Source: Vicugna vicugna
Lineage: Eukaryota
NCBI GenBank assembly: GCA_013265495.1
Contig: MU058725.1
Coordinates: forward strand, 1-64,000
Length of the DNA stretch: 64,000 nt
Reading direction: 5' to 3'
The notes under the pieces are model-generated. The model ran no database searches, had not been told where the DNA came from, and was given only the letters and a program-made list of their open reading frames with translations. Numbering within the stretch: the first letter of the stretch is position 1; each line of letters begins with the position of its first letter. Both the position numbers and the translations under genes were made by a program. Below are positions 1-12,769 of the stretch, one piece after another.

Positions 1-2540
1 GGGAGACCTAGTTAGAATCCAGCCTCTACCATCTACCAGTTATGTGGAATGTGATAATCAGTGAACATTTCTGGGACTCCATTTCCTCAACAGGAAAATG
101 GGTTATAACCGTTCTTGTTGTTTCAACAAATGTTGATTGAGCAGTGAGCAACTGCTCTAGATGCTGGGAATGTAGCAGTGAATAAAACAAATCCTCTCTC
201 CTCATGGAGATTATATTCTAGGGTATTGAGTGCGGAAGGCAGGACAGAGCTATCTCATAGTTTTGTCTGTTTATTTGTCTGTGACAAATGAGACACCTTG
301 GCACATGATAGATGCTAAGGAAACACTCATGCCTCCTGCCTGCAACTTCTCCTCCACAGGATGGCTCCAGAGGATGTCTATGAACTAGGGGAGTCTCTTT
401 TAGTTTCTGGCTTACTCATCCCCTCCCTTGTGGTTCTCTGCCTCCTCCCCTGTGTCTACTTCTTGTGAGTACTCAAGCCCTTCTAAAGAGGGGCTGGACA
501 TGGGGATAACATCAGCCCACTCCCAGGAACCTTACCTGTTAACAGGGACTCTAGTGAAGAAATGCCCCACATGCCTAAAGGAATAAATCTGGAACCTGGA
601 TTTTCAGGCTGCAGGTCAGGCTCTGGGCATCCAGTTTGGATCTCCCTGCCTCCCCGGCAAATCACACCATGAAGGTGGACATCTGGGGCTCAAGGCAGGT
701 CCTTTGTCATAATCACAAAAAACCCTGTATGAAACCCCAGGACAGACTGTGATTTTCCAGCTGAGATTCTGGACATCCATCAGGGAAAGGAGAGAAAGGA
801 CCTAAGGACCTTGAGATGATTTCACACTCTCTACCCCAGCTGCTTCAACCCTAACAGTGGTGATTTTGTAGACCAGAGTTCCAGAAGGATTCTAGTGGGG
901 TGTACAGCCCTAGGTCCCACCAGGTTTTCTCAGAAATTTGACTTTCCACTCGAGACCCAACCATTGCAGAAAGACAGTCATAAAGTCATAGAAGGCAGAC
1001 AGGAATCACAGAATCCACAAGTCCAATTCTTTCCCCAACACTGGATTAATTGAGAGGTCCCAAAACCTTCCCCAGAGGCCAGGGAAGTCCACAGTGGAGA
1101 CAGGATTCTGCTGTCAGAGAGTGAAGGCTTTTACTTCCTTGTGGAGGAGCTCAGACTTGGGAACGATCCCCTGGGAGGAGGCATGAAGTGCCAGGGATCT
1201 TGTGTTTTCCCCAAGGCCAGGGATGGATGAGAAAGACACAGGATGAGGAGCAAGGGAAAAGAGAGAGGAGAGGAGACATGGGGTGCCCCAAAGACAGAGG
1301 CCACTTGCTTAGCACTTGTGTCTGGAAAGAAAACTTCTAGTGTCTATGGAATGAAACTGACTTCTGCAAATTTAACCCACACCACAGATTTACATTCAGT
1401 AAAGATTCATTTAGTACCCAGATACGCCCAGAGAACAGCTGGACTCTGGAAGCTACAAAGATGTGGCAGACACCCACCCCTCCCTTGAGGAGTTCAGGTC
1501 TCCATAGGAGGACAACAGGATTTGGGGACAAGCAAAAGTCCACTGGGGAGCTATCTCTCTGTGAGATGCTCTCCAGCACCTAGGAAAACTGATTCAGCTG
1601 CTGTGAGGCTTAGTGAGTCCTTGCAAAGAGAAAAAGACCAGAGTAATCACACCTGAGTCCTTACCATGCATGATTGTACTGGAATGTCATAAAAACCCTC
1701 CATGGAAGATACTATTATTGCTGTTACTACTGCCATTTCACAGAAGAGCAAAATGAGACTCAAGGGATTAGACAACAGCCTAAGGTGGTCTAGTTATGGA
1801 TGAAGGAAGAGACATCAAACTCAGATACACTGCTTCACAGGGGAGGAAACATATTTTCTGTGAGGAAGCCATTGTATATTGTGAAAGATGTAAAGGTCAG
1901 AATGGCTTTGCTGAACCCCAATGATAAATACAGAGGTTTTGGTTTCCACTCCATAAGGGAAGGAGATTGATGTTAGAAGCTTCCATGGCTTGGTTCTGGT
2001 AATCTGCAGTACCACTAGTACATCTCATCCCATTAACCCCTCACCCCAGCAACTGTGTGCTGTGGGCGTTCCAGTGGGAATCAGAATCTTAGAGAGAAAT
2101 ACACCCACGACCAGAGATTCAAACCTAGGTCTGGAGGTACCAAACCAGGACTTAGATTCCACCTAAGACACCTTCTGCAGAGAAATCAACCTTGTAGAAC
2201 ACATGGAAAAAAAGGAGATGGGGATGACAACATTTCAGGGAGGTGAAGAGAATAAGAAGAAAGGCTGGAAGGAATTCTCTCCATTGTCCTAAGAGCTAGA
2301 CAGACATCAAAGGCTTCCTGGAGGAGATTCGGCTGAGGGTGCTGGGGTGGGCTGTGCAGGAAAGGACTCTGTCTGCCTTTAGACCAAACTCCTCCCTCAG
2401 CAGAAACATTGGCCATGAATCACAGATGGTGGCTATAGGCAAAGTACTTTTGAAGGCACTGCTAGAAAGCAGCTTAATTACACCAGGCAATCCCTGCCAA
2501 CCCCTCAATAGGTCACTATTTGCCACCAATGCATTAATAG

Positions 2541-3038
2541 TGTGAATGAAAATACTGCAAACATATCAGTAAACAAAGAATGCTGAAACCAAGTCATCAG
2601 TGGCTGCTGAAACCAAGTCATCAGTGGCTGCTGCCACCCCCCAGTGGGAACAGGCCTGCAGCCCAGCCCCTGCAGCCACTCACAATGGTGCACTCTGAGC
2701 AGACTCAGAATAAGAAAGGACAGGATACTGGCCCTTGATATCTAGATGCTTGTCAAAGGAATGAATTCAGTGAGCCCAAATGTTTGCTTCCTCCCATACA
2801 TAGAAAAGCACTAAATTCTTTAACTTGAGATGCCTGATTCTCTTTAGATAACAAGTAATCTTATTGTTCCAATAAGATAATAAACTTGGTCTTTGTTGTA
2901 AATCTCCTATATATCCTAGCTCCTCCCCTACCTCTTGGGAGCAGTCCCTCAGAGCCATCTGAGAGGCTGTCATCCCAGCTTGAGTCCTCCCACCAAATAA
3001 AACATAACTTTTAGGTTGCACATTTATTTCAGTCGACA
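2541..3038 (+). mobile_element. 5' LTR
   Basis: tgtgaatgaaaatactgcaaac...ttcagtcgaca; TATA-like cctatatatcc ~2905; AATAAA 2996-3001; near-identical to 9259-9731. Confidence 0.95.
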
Positions 3039-3042
3039 GTTT

Positions 3043-3060
3043 TGGCAACCACGAAGGGAC
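3043..3060 (+). promoter_or_regulatory. Primer binding site, tRNA-Arg type
   Basis: TGGCAACCACGAAGGGAC, 4 nt after the LTR end; one mismatch from the ERV9-type Arg PBS TGGCGACCACGAAGGGAC as I recall it. Confidence 0.85.
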
Positions 3061-4199
3061 TCAGAACAGACTTCTCTCCTTTGACTGAACTCTATGAGGA
3101 ACCGGTGCCTTGGTACAAGCAGAGGTCCTTTATGCCCATCCACCTCCTTGCAGAGTCCAGATGAATTTGGGTGAGTCTCTCCTGGTTCTCAGATCTCCCA
3201 TATTGGTTGATGATCCTGAGTTTTATTTGGTGGTGAATCCAGGTACCTGGTCCTCCAGTTGAAACATACTGGGGAGAAATACCCACCCAGGTGGAGACAT
3301 GCTGGGTGGGGCTGTTTGAAAGATACCAGGAAATACCCACTCAGTGGAGACATCCTGAGTGGGGCCCAGTTGAAAGATACTGGGGTCTGGACTGAGTGGT
3401 TAGGTAAGAGGCTGGTCTAATGCTTTCCTCAATTTGGCTACCTCCATTAAATTTGTTAGGATAAAAGTAAAACTCTTATGAGAAACCTTTCAACTCTAAA
3501 AATGGGACCCTCCTCCTGGCTGGTAACAGCTTTCTCAGGTGACTGAGAAACTTGCAGGAGTGGTAGAAGCAAAAACCTCATGCCATACAGTTGTCCCTGC
3601 TGGAAAACCTACTACCAATTTTATTCTGACAACCCGACCTTAAAATGGGGAATAGAACTTTCAAAACAGAAGAAAAAGAAATGACAGATTGCCAGCCTCC
3701 AACTAATAACCCAGCCAGGTTTATTTACATACAAAACTTACAACTTTAATTGGGAATTTAAAAAACAATCTCACTCTGAAAGTAACTAGCCAGGCCTGAT
3801 AAAACATTTTTTGGAATTCTGACCTTATAAAAACAAAAGCCCCTTTAAGGGGAACTTGGATTTCTCTTTCTGTGTCCTTGAAATGTAGATGTTTTGTCTT
3901 TCTCTGGGTGTTTCATGTGTGTGTATGTATGTATATGTTTCCTTTTTTTTAAAGGAAAATTTGTACTCTGCCATGCAAAGGGTACAAGTATTGTGTGCAT
4001 GTGGTGGCCAAGCAAATAAATTGGGATTCTCAGCGGTTCTTTGATTGTACCAATTCTTAGGCATTTTGCCATTTTGAACTTTGTTGCATCAGCCTGGGCC
4101 ACAAAGGCCTTTACCTTTTGGGGAGTAAACTTTTGAATTTTATTTAGGCAACATCCCCACTCTAATGTGGAAAAGCCTCTTCATCTTATTGGTTTAAAG

Positions 4200-4203
<4 letters not shown>

Positions 4204-4239
<36 letters not shown>

Positions 4240-4266
4240 TCCTTTTATTTTATATATATATATATA
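4204..4266. repeat. (TA)n microsatellites next to assembly gap 4269-4302
   Basis: Direct reading. Confidence 0.95.
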
Positions 4267-6139
4267 GCNNNNNNNNNNNNNNNNNNNNNNNNNNNNNNNN
4301 NNGCTCTCATTAAGCTGTTTTATTGGTACCTATTAAAATCAATCAAGTTTAAAGGTAGAAAAATATATCTAATGGTTAACCTAAGAACTTAGTTTAAAAG
4401 AGAGAAAAGACCGGTTTGGAAAGCTACATTTGTGTTTTCTCTTTTTCTTCAATGTGTTTTAGAGATGCTAATAAAATCATTAGAATAATTAATGTTGATT
4501 AGGTTGAGTAACTGAAAAAAGAAATGTAAAAATGTCAAAAGATTTTTTCTTAACAATAATAAGGGATTTATCCCAATTGGATAAATATTTTTTAGATGGC
4601 TATTTTGAATGGGATAAATAAAATGGACATTTTTGGATTTAGATACAAGGTTTTGATACTACACTATGTAAAGTTAAAAAAAAAAGAAAAAGGCAAAAGG
4701 GATCACCTACTGGTCCCCAACATTAAAGTTCAAACAAGTCTGCTTTATTTACCCCAGTTTAAAATGTATATATTTATAGGGCTAGAAAAAAAAAAATATA
4801 TATATAGACTGAGATACTTGATCAATGATTGGGGCAACAGATCAATTAATCAAATGAAAATTTTACAAAGGCCTAAGTCCTTTGGCTCAAAATTGGTGAT
4901 CCCAGAGAATTTTATATAAAATTAGATAAAGTGGACAAGAAATTAATAAAAGAAAAAGGCTCCTGGCACCCCTTCTAGCAATAAGAATTATTGATTAAAC
5001 CTAATAAATATTAAAATTAAAGGTATAAGAGTTAATAAAATTGAGATAAAAGTTTGTAAAATTGATATATTTAAGTGGGCTTTATATAAATCTCTTTTGC
5101 TAAATTATGTTGTGGGATAGATATGTTTCCATGGAAAAACACTTCCCCTTCTTGGTATTATAAGTCTGTGCACATATCTGTCCCTCAGAAAACATTAAAC
5201 AAACTAAAGGAAGCCAATAGAGTTGCCTGAGCCATCCAATATAAAGTAAAACTAAAAACTAATATTCAGGGGCTAAAAAAAAAAAAATAAATAAGAGATT
5301 TACCCTGGGTTTAACTTATAACTCAAGGAAAACAGATCTTACTAAATGCCTTCTGAAAGCTTTTGAAGACAAGATAAAGTAAACCTTAAAGTTTTAAAAC
5401 ATGTAATTCTTTGTTTACAGCTCTTCTCACTGATAAAGAAAGGCAAATTAAGAAGATACAATTGGGCCTAGGTGACAGACCAATTCTTTGGGGAACTGGA
5501 AGCAACTGTCTTTGTCTTGCAGATCAGAAATGTAAATACAGCAAACAATGACCTAGGACTGAGCCTAATTAGCTCAACGAGATAAACTTAAGGCCAAAGA
5601 AATTTTTGGCATTTGAAAACTCAGAACTCTGACAGGTCCTTCAGACTTTGTCAAGAAATCTTAATTGTCTTTTTCATAAATAGTAAGCCTTAGTGATTTG
5701 AGCATGCAAATTCAGCTTACTCCAACTGTTATTTATAAGCAGTAAATTTATATTGTAATACCTAACTCTTAAGTAAGATTTAAAGTGAAGCTATGAGATC
5801 TCTAGCTTTTGTCTATTTATAAGTCTGTGTGCACATTATGGATATGAGATATTTCTACTGCTTAAAAAAAAAAGTCAAAGAGCTCTGCTTAATTGACATA
5901 AAAATAAGAGCGTACAAATTAAGTATTTTTAAAATAAAAACTGACCAAATTGACTGTCAGGTTCACATGAACTGGAAAATATTTAATATTAAGTTAATGC
6001 TTGGTATTAAGTTTAGTTTAAGTTCATTCTAATTAATAAAGACATATTTAGAGTCATCAATATTAAGTATAAAACCCTTACTGTACCTAGGTTTAATGAA
6101 ATTCAAGTAAGATCCTGTTATACTTGTTGCAGATTTGTC

Positions 6140-6178
6140 ATAATAATAATAATAATAATAATATAATAATAATATAAT
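6140..6178. repeat. (AAT)n microsatellite
   Basis: Direct reading. Confidence 0.9.
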
Positions 6179-8204
6179 GTGTGATAAAATTCTAAGTAAA
6201 TTAAAATGCAAATGAGATGAGACCTTTTGGGTAAATTCTCTAAAAATATATTTTTAAAAATGTATGCTTAAAATCTCTAAATATTTTGTATCTTTAAATT
6301 GTAGAGTTGTGCTAAATTAAGTTAAATGAAGGGAGTTTATTAAATAGCTATGTCATTTTCAGATAAAATAAGATTGAAATATTACTTAACATTTGACTTC
6401 CTCTTACAGAGAAACTAAAGGTGTTTAAAAATGTTAATAAATGTTTGGCGCCACCCTGAAATATTCTCTACTATTAAGGGAGACATCTCAGTATCCTAGG
6501 AAAATAAGGTGAATGTGTAAAGGAAGATATAAGGAATGGAATTATATTTTGTTAATGGAAAATAGTAACTTCGTCCTGAAGCTGGTTACTTCTGAATGAA
6601 AGAGAAAATAAGGGACAAAATAATATGAGTATAGAAAGTTGTGGAAGGCTTGTGGAAGAGGAACCCTGAGGAAAGAGTTTTGTACATGGTCGGGATTGGC
6701 TAAGTTTAGAATAAATTTGGTCAAAGTAAATGAATTTTACAAGTAACCCTGTAAAAGACTAGATTCGGTTTTCTCTTTGTTAAATGGACAAAGTTTTCTT
6801 AAAATGTTAATCTCCCTTCAGTAACAGATTGTAAACTACTTATACTCCTTAAGTGATCTGTTCTGCCTTTACATTTGAAATATTTTCTTGTTAATGAATA
6901 AGTACTACTTTAGAGTGATCTATACTTTTATTTGACCAAGTGTTTTGAAACCATTTAACAAGCTTCCCAAATATCAATTTCTGATTAATGTTCTTTTGAT
7001 CTCCAGTTAACTTTGGAGTGCTACAGAGGGCCCCTGAAACATCCCAAAGAGAGATTTTAAAGTAGTAAGTTTCATTTGGTATGTTAAATAACATGGGAAG
7101 TATTGTCAAATGAATAATAAATCTTCCTAGGTTATATTGTATGAGAAAATATTATTAATATAGATATTATATAATTTATATAGGCTCCCTAAAATTCTGG
7201 TATATCTGAAATGTTACCAGTCATAATTCTGGTTATTGTGACCAGGTTTCTTTATAGATTACAGTGTAATGGTGTTTAATCATGCTTTTAAGTCTTTTGC
7301 CATTTATAGACAGTTATTGTTATATTCTGATGATTTTACAAAATGCTTTCTTTTCAAGGAGATTTACTGGTTTCTAGTAAATTTTGAACTATAGCGCTAA
7401 ACTAAACTGGGTAGGAAATTTTAAAGGTTTAATGAGAACTCTGATTTCATAACAGTGTTAACAAAAGGGTTAGTTACAGGGGACTAAGTAAACTGATGAA
7501 TATGGTTATAATTTTTGACTTTGTCTGAAATATTACTGGCTTTAATGTGTTTCCCAGGCATAAAGAAACTCTTCTTTTTAAGCTAGTTATGACTCACAGC
7601 AATTTGATGAATTACACCTATGTAAGCAGACTTGAAACAGTTATCTTTTCTATCTGATCCCTCCAGAGACTGGAAACTCTTAGGTCCCCAGTGGCTCTAT
7701 CAGATAAATTAAATTAAAAAGATTAAATTAAAAAGATCATCTCCTAACAGATATAGGAATCTCAAGGTATTTTAAGGACCTCAAAGAGAAAACAATTTAC
7801 CTAAATCTGTAAGACAAAAATCTATGACAAGCCCTTGACGTGGCTTTCCTGGCCTTAGGAAACCTTATTAACATTTTAGACTGAGACTTCTTATTAAAAG
7901 TTCCAACACAGCCAATTTAAAACAGCCTATATGATCAAATAATTAGACTTAACTTATAAACAAATTAATCTTGATTTGACTATATTTGATAAAAATGAGG
8001 GAACTTTAGAGAGAAAAAGATTATATTTTAATGGATATTAAATTCTAGTTTTGTTAATTGAGGTCTATATTTACTAAGAAACTTCCCAAATCATTCCTTG
8101 CTTTTATGTTACATTGCTGCAAAGTTTAATTGAATTATTAAAAGGACACTCTAGATTTGTTTCTGAAGCTCAATAATCTATCCTTTGGTAAAGTTCTAAT
8201 GCCC

Positions 8205-8345
8205 CATGATCTGCAACCAGGGGATTATACATACTGGAACAGACATGACTTAACTGTCTCCAACCTGAATGGAAGGACCCATTACCAGGTACTCTACACT
8301 AGACCATGCACAGTGAAAGCTAAAGGAAATTGACTTTTGGATTAG
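8205..8345 (+). pseudogene. Retroviral integrase C-terminal (GPY/F) vestige
   Basis: With frameshifts reads HDLQPGDYTYWNRH..CLQPEWKGP/YQVLYTRPCTVK/LKG/IDFWI, the class I IN tail pattern. Confidence 0.8.
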
Positions 8346-8551
8346 TTTCCAGTCAGAGAGAGCCCCTGCAGTGGACTGGCCTATGGAGTACTGCTCACCT
8401 TAAAACAATACTCAAATGAAGAAAAAGCTACCAAGCCAATATGAGAAGAAGACGACATCAGAGGTAGACAGCTGACCCAAGACACTGGACCAGACCTGTA
8501 TACCAATTACTTTGATATTTGCTCACACCTTTGATTATGAACTACTCGAAT

Positions 8552-8655
8552 TGTTAGGTTTATGGTAAATAACTTATGTCCAGTACTTCTGTGTTACCTT
8601 GGTGGGTTTCCCTACTCTGAGGCTCTAACTAGATAGCCCTCAGAAAATTTATTCT
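8552..8655 (+). pseudogene. env SU N-terminal vestige
   Basis: C*VYGK*LMSSTSVLPWWVS/L*GSN*IALRKFI resembles a decayed CWVC..LPWW env start; it sits just after the IN tail. Confidence 0.5.
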
Positions 8656-9258
8656 AAAAAGGAATGATAGTTCTATTTAGGCCACTATTCACATTACAAG
8701 GTGAGAGACCTCACCTGGCCAATTAATAATACCTTCTCTGAGCCTGACCATAAATATAAATTTTCTTATAAGATCACTCAAACTCAATCAGAAACACAAG
8801 CAAAATTTTAACCCCAAAATGTAACTTCTCAGCTATTAAATTCTTATTTGTGGCTTTATTAACATTACTAACAATATTACTTATATCCTGTCTTTTATAA
8901 AATTGTTGTCTCCTCCATTTCCCTGTGTGTAACTAGGTCTGCAACAAGATTGATGGCTGAACATCTTGAAGAAATAGATAAAATTTATAACCCTGCATAA
9001 AATAATTGTAATAGTGTGATTCTAGGTATGGGTATGAGCAATGAGGGGTAAACATCTCCTGGATCATAATAGACTAGTAAGACAGGTGATCCAGAGAATT
9101 TTTAATATCAACAGGGCCTGATCCAAAACTAGCATTGAGTGGCATGTCAACAGATTCTTCACCTAATCTAGGAATAAGCCTTCCTAGCACCATGGGACAA
9201 AATTGGTCACGAAATGTCTCCCAAAATATTGGTCTAATTTAGGACCAAGAGTGAGCAT

Positions 9259-9731
9259 TGTGAACAAAAATACTGCAAACATATCAGTAAACAAAGAATG
9301 CTGAAACCAAGTCATCAGTGGCTGCCGCCACCCCCCAGTGAGGGCAAGCCTGCAGACCTGCCCCTGCAGCCACTCACAATGATGCACTCGGACATATTCA
9401 GACAGAATAAGAAAGGACAGGATACTGGCCCTAGGTAGCTAGGTGCTTGGCAAAGGAATGAATTCAGTGAGCCCAAATGTTTACTTCCTCCCATACATAG
9501 AAAAACACTAAATTCTTTAACTTAAGATGCCTGATTCTCTTTAGATAACAAGTAATCTTATTGTTCCAACTACCTGGTCTTTGTTGTAAAGCTCCTATAT
9601 ATCCTAGCTCCTCCCCTACCTCTTGGGAGCAGTCCCTCAGGGCCATCTGAGAGGCTGTCATCCCAGCTTGAGTCCTCCCACCAAATAAAACAACGTTTAA
9701 CTTTAAGGCTATGTGTTTATTTCAGTTGACA
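9259..9731 (+). mobile_element. 3' LTR
   Basis: tgtgaacaaaaatactgcaaac...ttcagttgaca, preceded by a degenerate purine tract (ggaccaagagtgagcat). Confidence 0.95.
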
Positions 9732-10651
9732 ATAGGAATGACCGAAATGGCTGCTGTGTATTTACTGTCACAGGGCAGCAACTGTTTGAGCCCCCAGTAG
9801 GGAGGTGAGGCTGGCTCACTGCTCCCTCCCATTTCCCTCCCCTCCCCATCCAGCCCTCAAGCCTCTCTTCCCCTTGTTTTGGGAGCAGTGCCATATCAGC
9901 ATTTTTATTTGATGGTGCCTGATGTATCAGTTCTGTGAAGCTTTCATTTCAACTTGGAGAATGTTCAAAGTAAAGCTCACCCTGTTACAGACTTTGTTGG
10001 ACCATATTTCAGAACCAGCGCATCTGTTCAGTGTGGCTTCCTTATCCTTGGTCCATAAACTTTTGTTAAGTTATATATCAAAGATTATACATATATTTTC
10101 CACTAACATGTTTGGGATCTTTTCCCTCCCTTTTTTCCCCACTCCTGTTATTTGTTTATATTTTCATCACAGGGGAGGAATGCCAATGGGCCCAGAGGGA
10201 AATTGAATAGAACTTACTCTATTTCCTTATCTTTGTTTAAAACAGAAAAGACAGGGTCACATTAACTTCAATTTAGTGCAGAGACTAGATGTCAGTCAGG
10301 ATTCTGCTAATTTTCAATTTTCATTCAGTTTATTGGGTTTGTTTGATATGCTAATTCTCAACACCCACCTCCCCAACCCCTCCAGGAAATTTGCCTTTCA
10401 ATAGCACAGCTCACAGGGAAGGGGAGAGAGATAAGGGAAACTATAATTTTGAAAAGGAAAACAGACTTAAAGCCTTAAACCCCAACAGTGAAAACGTTCC
10501 CTCAAACCTGTTCAGTCATTTGAAATATGATTTTAAAATAGATGCAAAAGTATTACACCATCCAGAGGGAAAACACACCTCTTCCCTTGGGGCCCTGGTT
10601 CCTGCATTTAACTTGATTGGTTAATGTGTCACTAAAGTCACAATTACTCAA

Positions 10652-11229
10652 TGTTGCCTGATACTAGGTTCTTGCCTCAGGTAGGAAAGAATTCAAGAGT
10701 GAGGCACAGTAAAGTGAAAGCAGGTTGATTTAGAGAAATACACACTCCATAGACAGAGTAGGGTCCATCTCACTCAGAAGGGAAAGTGACAGGAGATAGA
10801 TACACACTCCACAGGCAGAAAGCAGCCCATCTCAAAAGGCCAGAGGGAGGGAGACTGAGGCGTGTGGAGTGTTTAAAGTGAAAATAGATACACAGTCCAT
10901 AGACAGTGAGGCCATCTCAGAAGGCAAGAGAGAGAGTGACCATGAGGTGTGGGATTGTACGTTTTTATGGGCTCAATAATTTCATATGCTATTGAGTAGG
11001 AGGATTATTCCAACTACTTTGGGGAAGGGGCAGAGATTTCCGGGAATCAGCACCCACACACACACACTTTCTGGCCTTTTATGGTCAGCCTCAGAGCTAT
11101 CATGGGCCAGTGGTTGTGCCTTGAGGCTCAAGATTTCCTGGAAGTAGAATCTTCTGTTATCTTGCTTCTAACCAGTTTGTCCTGTCCTCAATTGCTGTGT
11201 CTTTCCTTCAATGGTTATGCCCTGCCTCA
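10652..11229 (-). mobile_element. Solo LTR (ERV1-like)
   Basis: Minus strand begins TGAGGCAGGG and ends ..GGCAACA; three internal ~60-90 nt repeats (atacacactccatagacag..ccatctca); flanks TCAA/CCAA. Confidence 0.75.
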
Positions 11230-12098
11230 CCAATGGGCTGCAACAGAAGTCCTAGATCTACCCCAATCCCCTGAGTCAAGACTTGCTGAATCAAGTGATG
11301 GGGGTAATGGAGAGAAACTCTATGAAATGATTGACTATCAGAAGGTATATGGAGGGGAAGCACACCAGCTGTCCTGACATCCACCAGCTCCACATGATGA
11401 GAAGCACCTCGTGTTCTCCAATGCAAGCAGCAAAACTCAGAGGTGGCCTGAATCCACAATTCCAATGTTGGTGTCTACTGAATTTTAAAAGCTCACCAAA
11501 ATTCCCAAGGCCAAGTGCACCCCTTTCCAACACTACTCCATCCTAAATTTCTCCATATATCAGTCAGCCAGTTGGATCCACTGCTCAGCTTCAGGCCCTT
11601 GGAGAGCATTTTTCTTACAGTTTTAGAGATCCCCCTGTGCCTTCCCTACATCACCCTCCCCACTACAACTTAACTATTGATCTTTTCTCCAGTCATTCTT
11701 TACTAGTTTGCTTGGGGAGAAGAATCACCTATGCCTTTGTCCCCTCCCCTACTCAACTCCTTGAGGAGCTTTACACACCAGTCTTAGAACATGGAGAAAC
11801 CTGCCTGTTCCCTTTCCAAAAGCCCCCCCATCATCCTTAACAATTTATTCTTGGGGACCTTTTAATTAAAGATTATAGTGGAAAGAAAACCAATGCGGCA
11901 ATCAGACAGATCTGGAATTGAATCCCAGCACCAGCATTAGTTCTGAGGCTTTAGACAAGTTATTTAACCTCCCTGAGTCTGTGTGGAATGGATATAACTT
12001 AATAACCTGTAGGATATCTTGAGGCACAGAAATAGTGGACGTGAAGATATTTAGTGTAGAGTCTGGTTCATGGATTTATTTTATTATTATGTTATAAT

Positions 12099-12631
12099 TG
12101 TTGCCAAATCCAAATTCATTCTGCTCACCCCATGACAGGCCAATAATTTGGGAGATGAGGTGTCTGGGCAACTAATAACGACTTTATTTGGAAAGCTGGC
12201 AGACCAAGAGGATGGCAGATTAATGCCTTGGAAGACAAACTGCTGTAATCATAATATAGGTTCCTTTTATTTAAAAAAAAAAAAAAGAACAGGGGAGAGG
12301 GTGTGTTGGTTGTTGCAAACTTCTTGCTGCAGGCATTCTTTGTTCTTGCTGCTGTCCACCTGGGCCAGGACACGATGCCCCTGTAAATTTCCAACAAAAC
12401 AAAGGTTATTCTCTGTTTTACAACTTGCCATCTCCACTTAAGTGCAGAAGCGCTAACATCCTTAAAGTTCAGGGCCTCAAGAATAGGCTCTCCTGTGTAT
12501 TTCAGGCTAAAGGCAACATTGTTTCACAAAAAGTGCAGAGCTAGCAAGACTGAGCCTAGAAAGCAGGGCACAGTCATTAAAACTAAAGGAACAGATCCAA
12601 TATAGAGTCAGAGTTGCCCTTCTCTATTACA
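12099..12631 (-). mobile_element. Solo LTR (ERV1-like, different family)
   Basis: Minus strand begins TGTAATAGAG and ends ..GGCAACA; minus-strand AATAAA near 12183-12188; flanks TAAT/TTAT. Confidence 0.7.
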
Positions 12632-12769
12632 TTATTATGATGATTTATTATTAGTAGTATTATATCATTACTATTATAATTACCATATTATTATGTTATT
12701 GCTTTTATGGCACAGTGTTATTTTACTATGATTATTATTATTATACATATGAAGAAACTGAGCCGAGAG

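Larger units (their letters stand above)
2541..9731 (+). mobile_element. Full-length non-autonomous endogenous retrovirus (ERV1-like), no intact ORFs
   Basis: Direct repeats TG..CA at 2541-3038 and 9259-9731; 4-bp TSD ATAG (2537-2540, 9732-9735); PBS after the 5' LTR; decayed integrase and env motifs inside. Confidence 0.93.

Noticed and set aside
340..800. Possible exon signals (ctcctccacag acceptor on +; aacag|gtaagg donor on -)
   Set aside because: Isolated motifs with no recognisable peptide; cannot be supported without transcript data.
2581..3390. CRISPR-like or other prokaryotic repeat system
   Set aside because: The repeats are two-copy tandem units within a retroviral LTR and leader, without spacers, in mammalian DNA.
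2505..9661. Duplicated small ORFs (MHHCEWLQG.., MTASQMALRD..)
   Set aside because: They are antisense translations of the two LTR copies.
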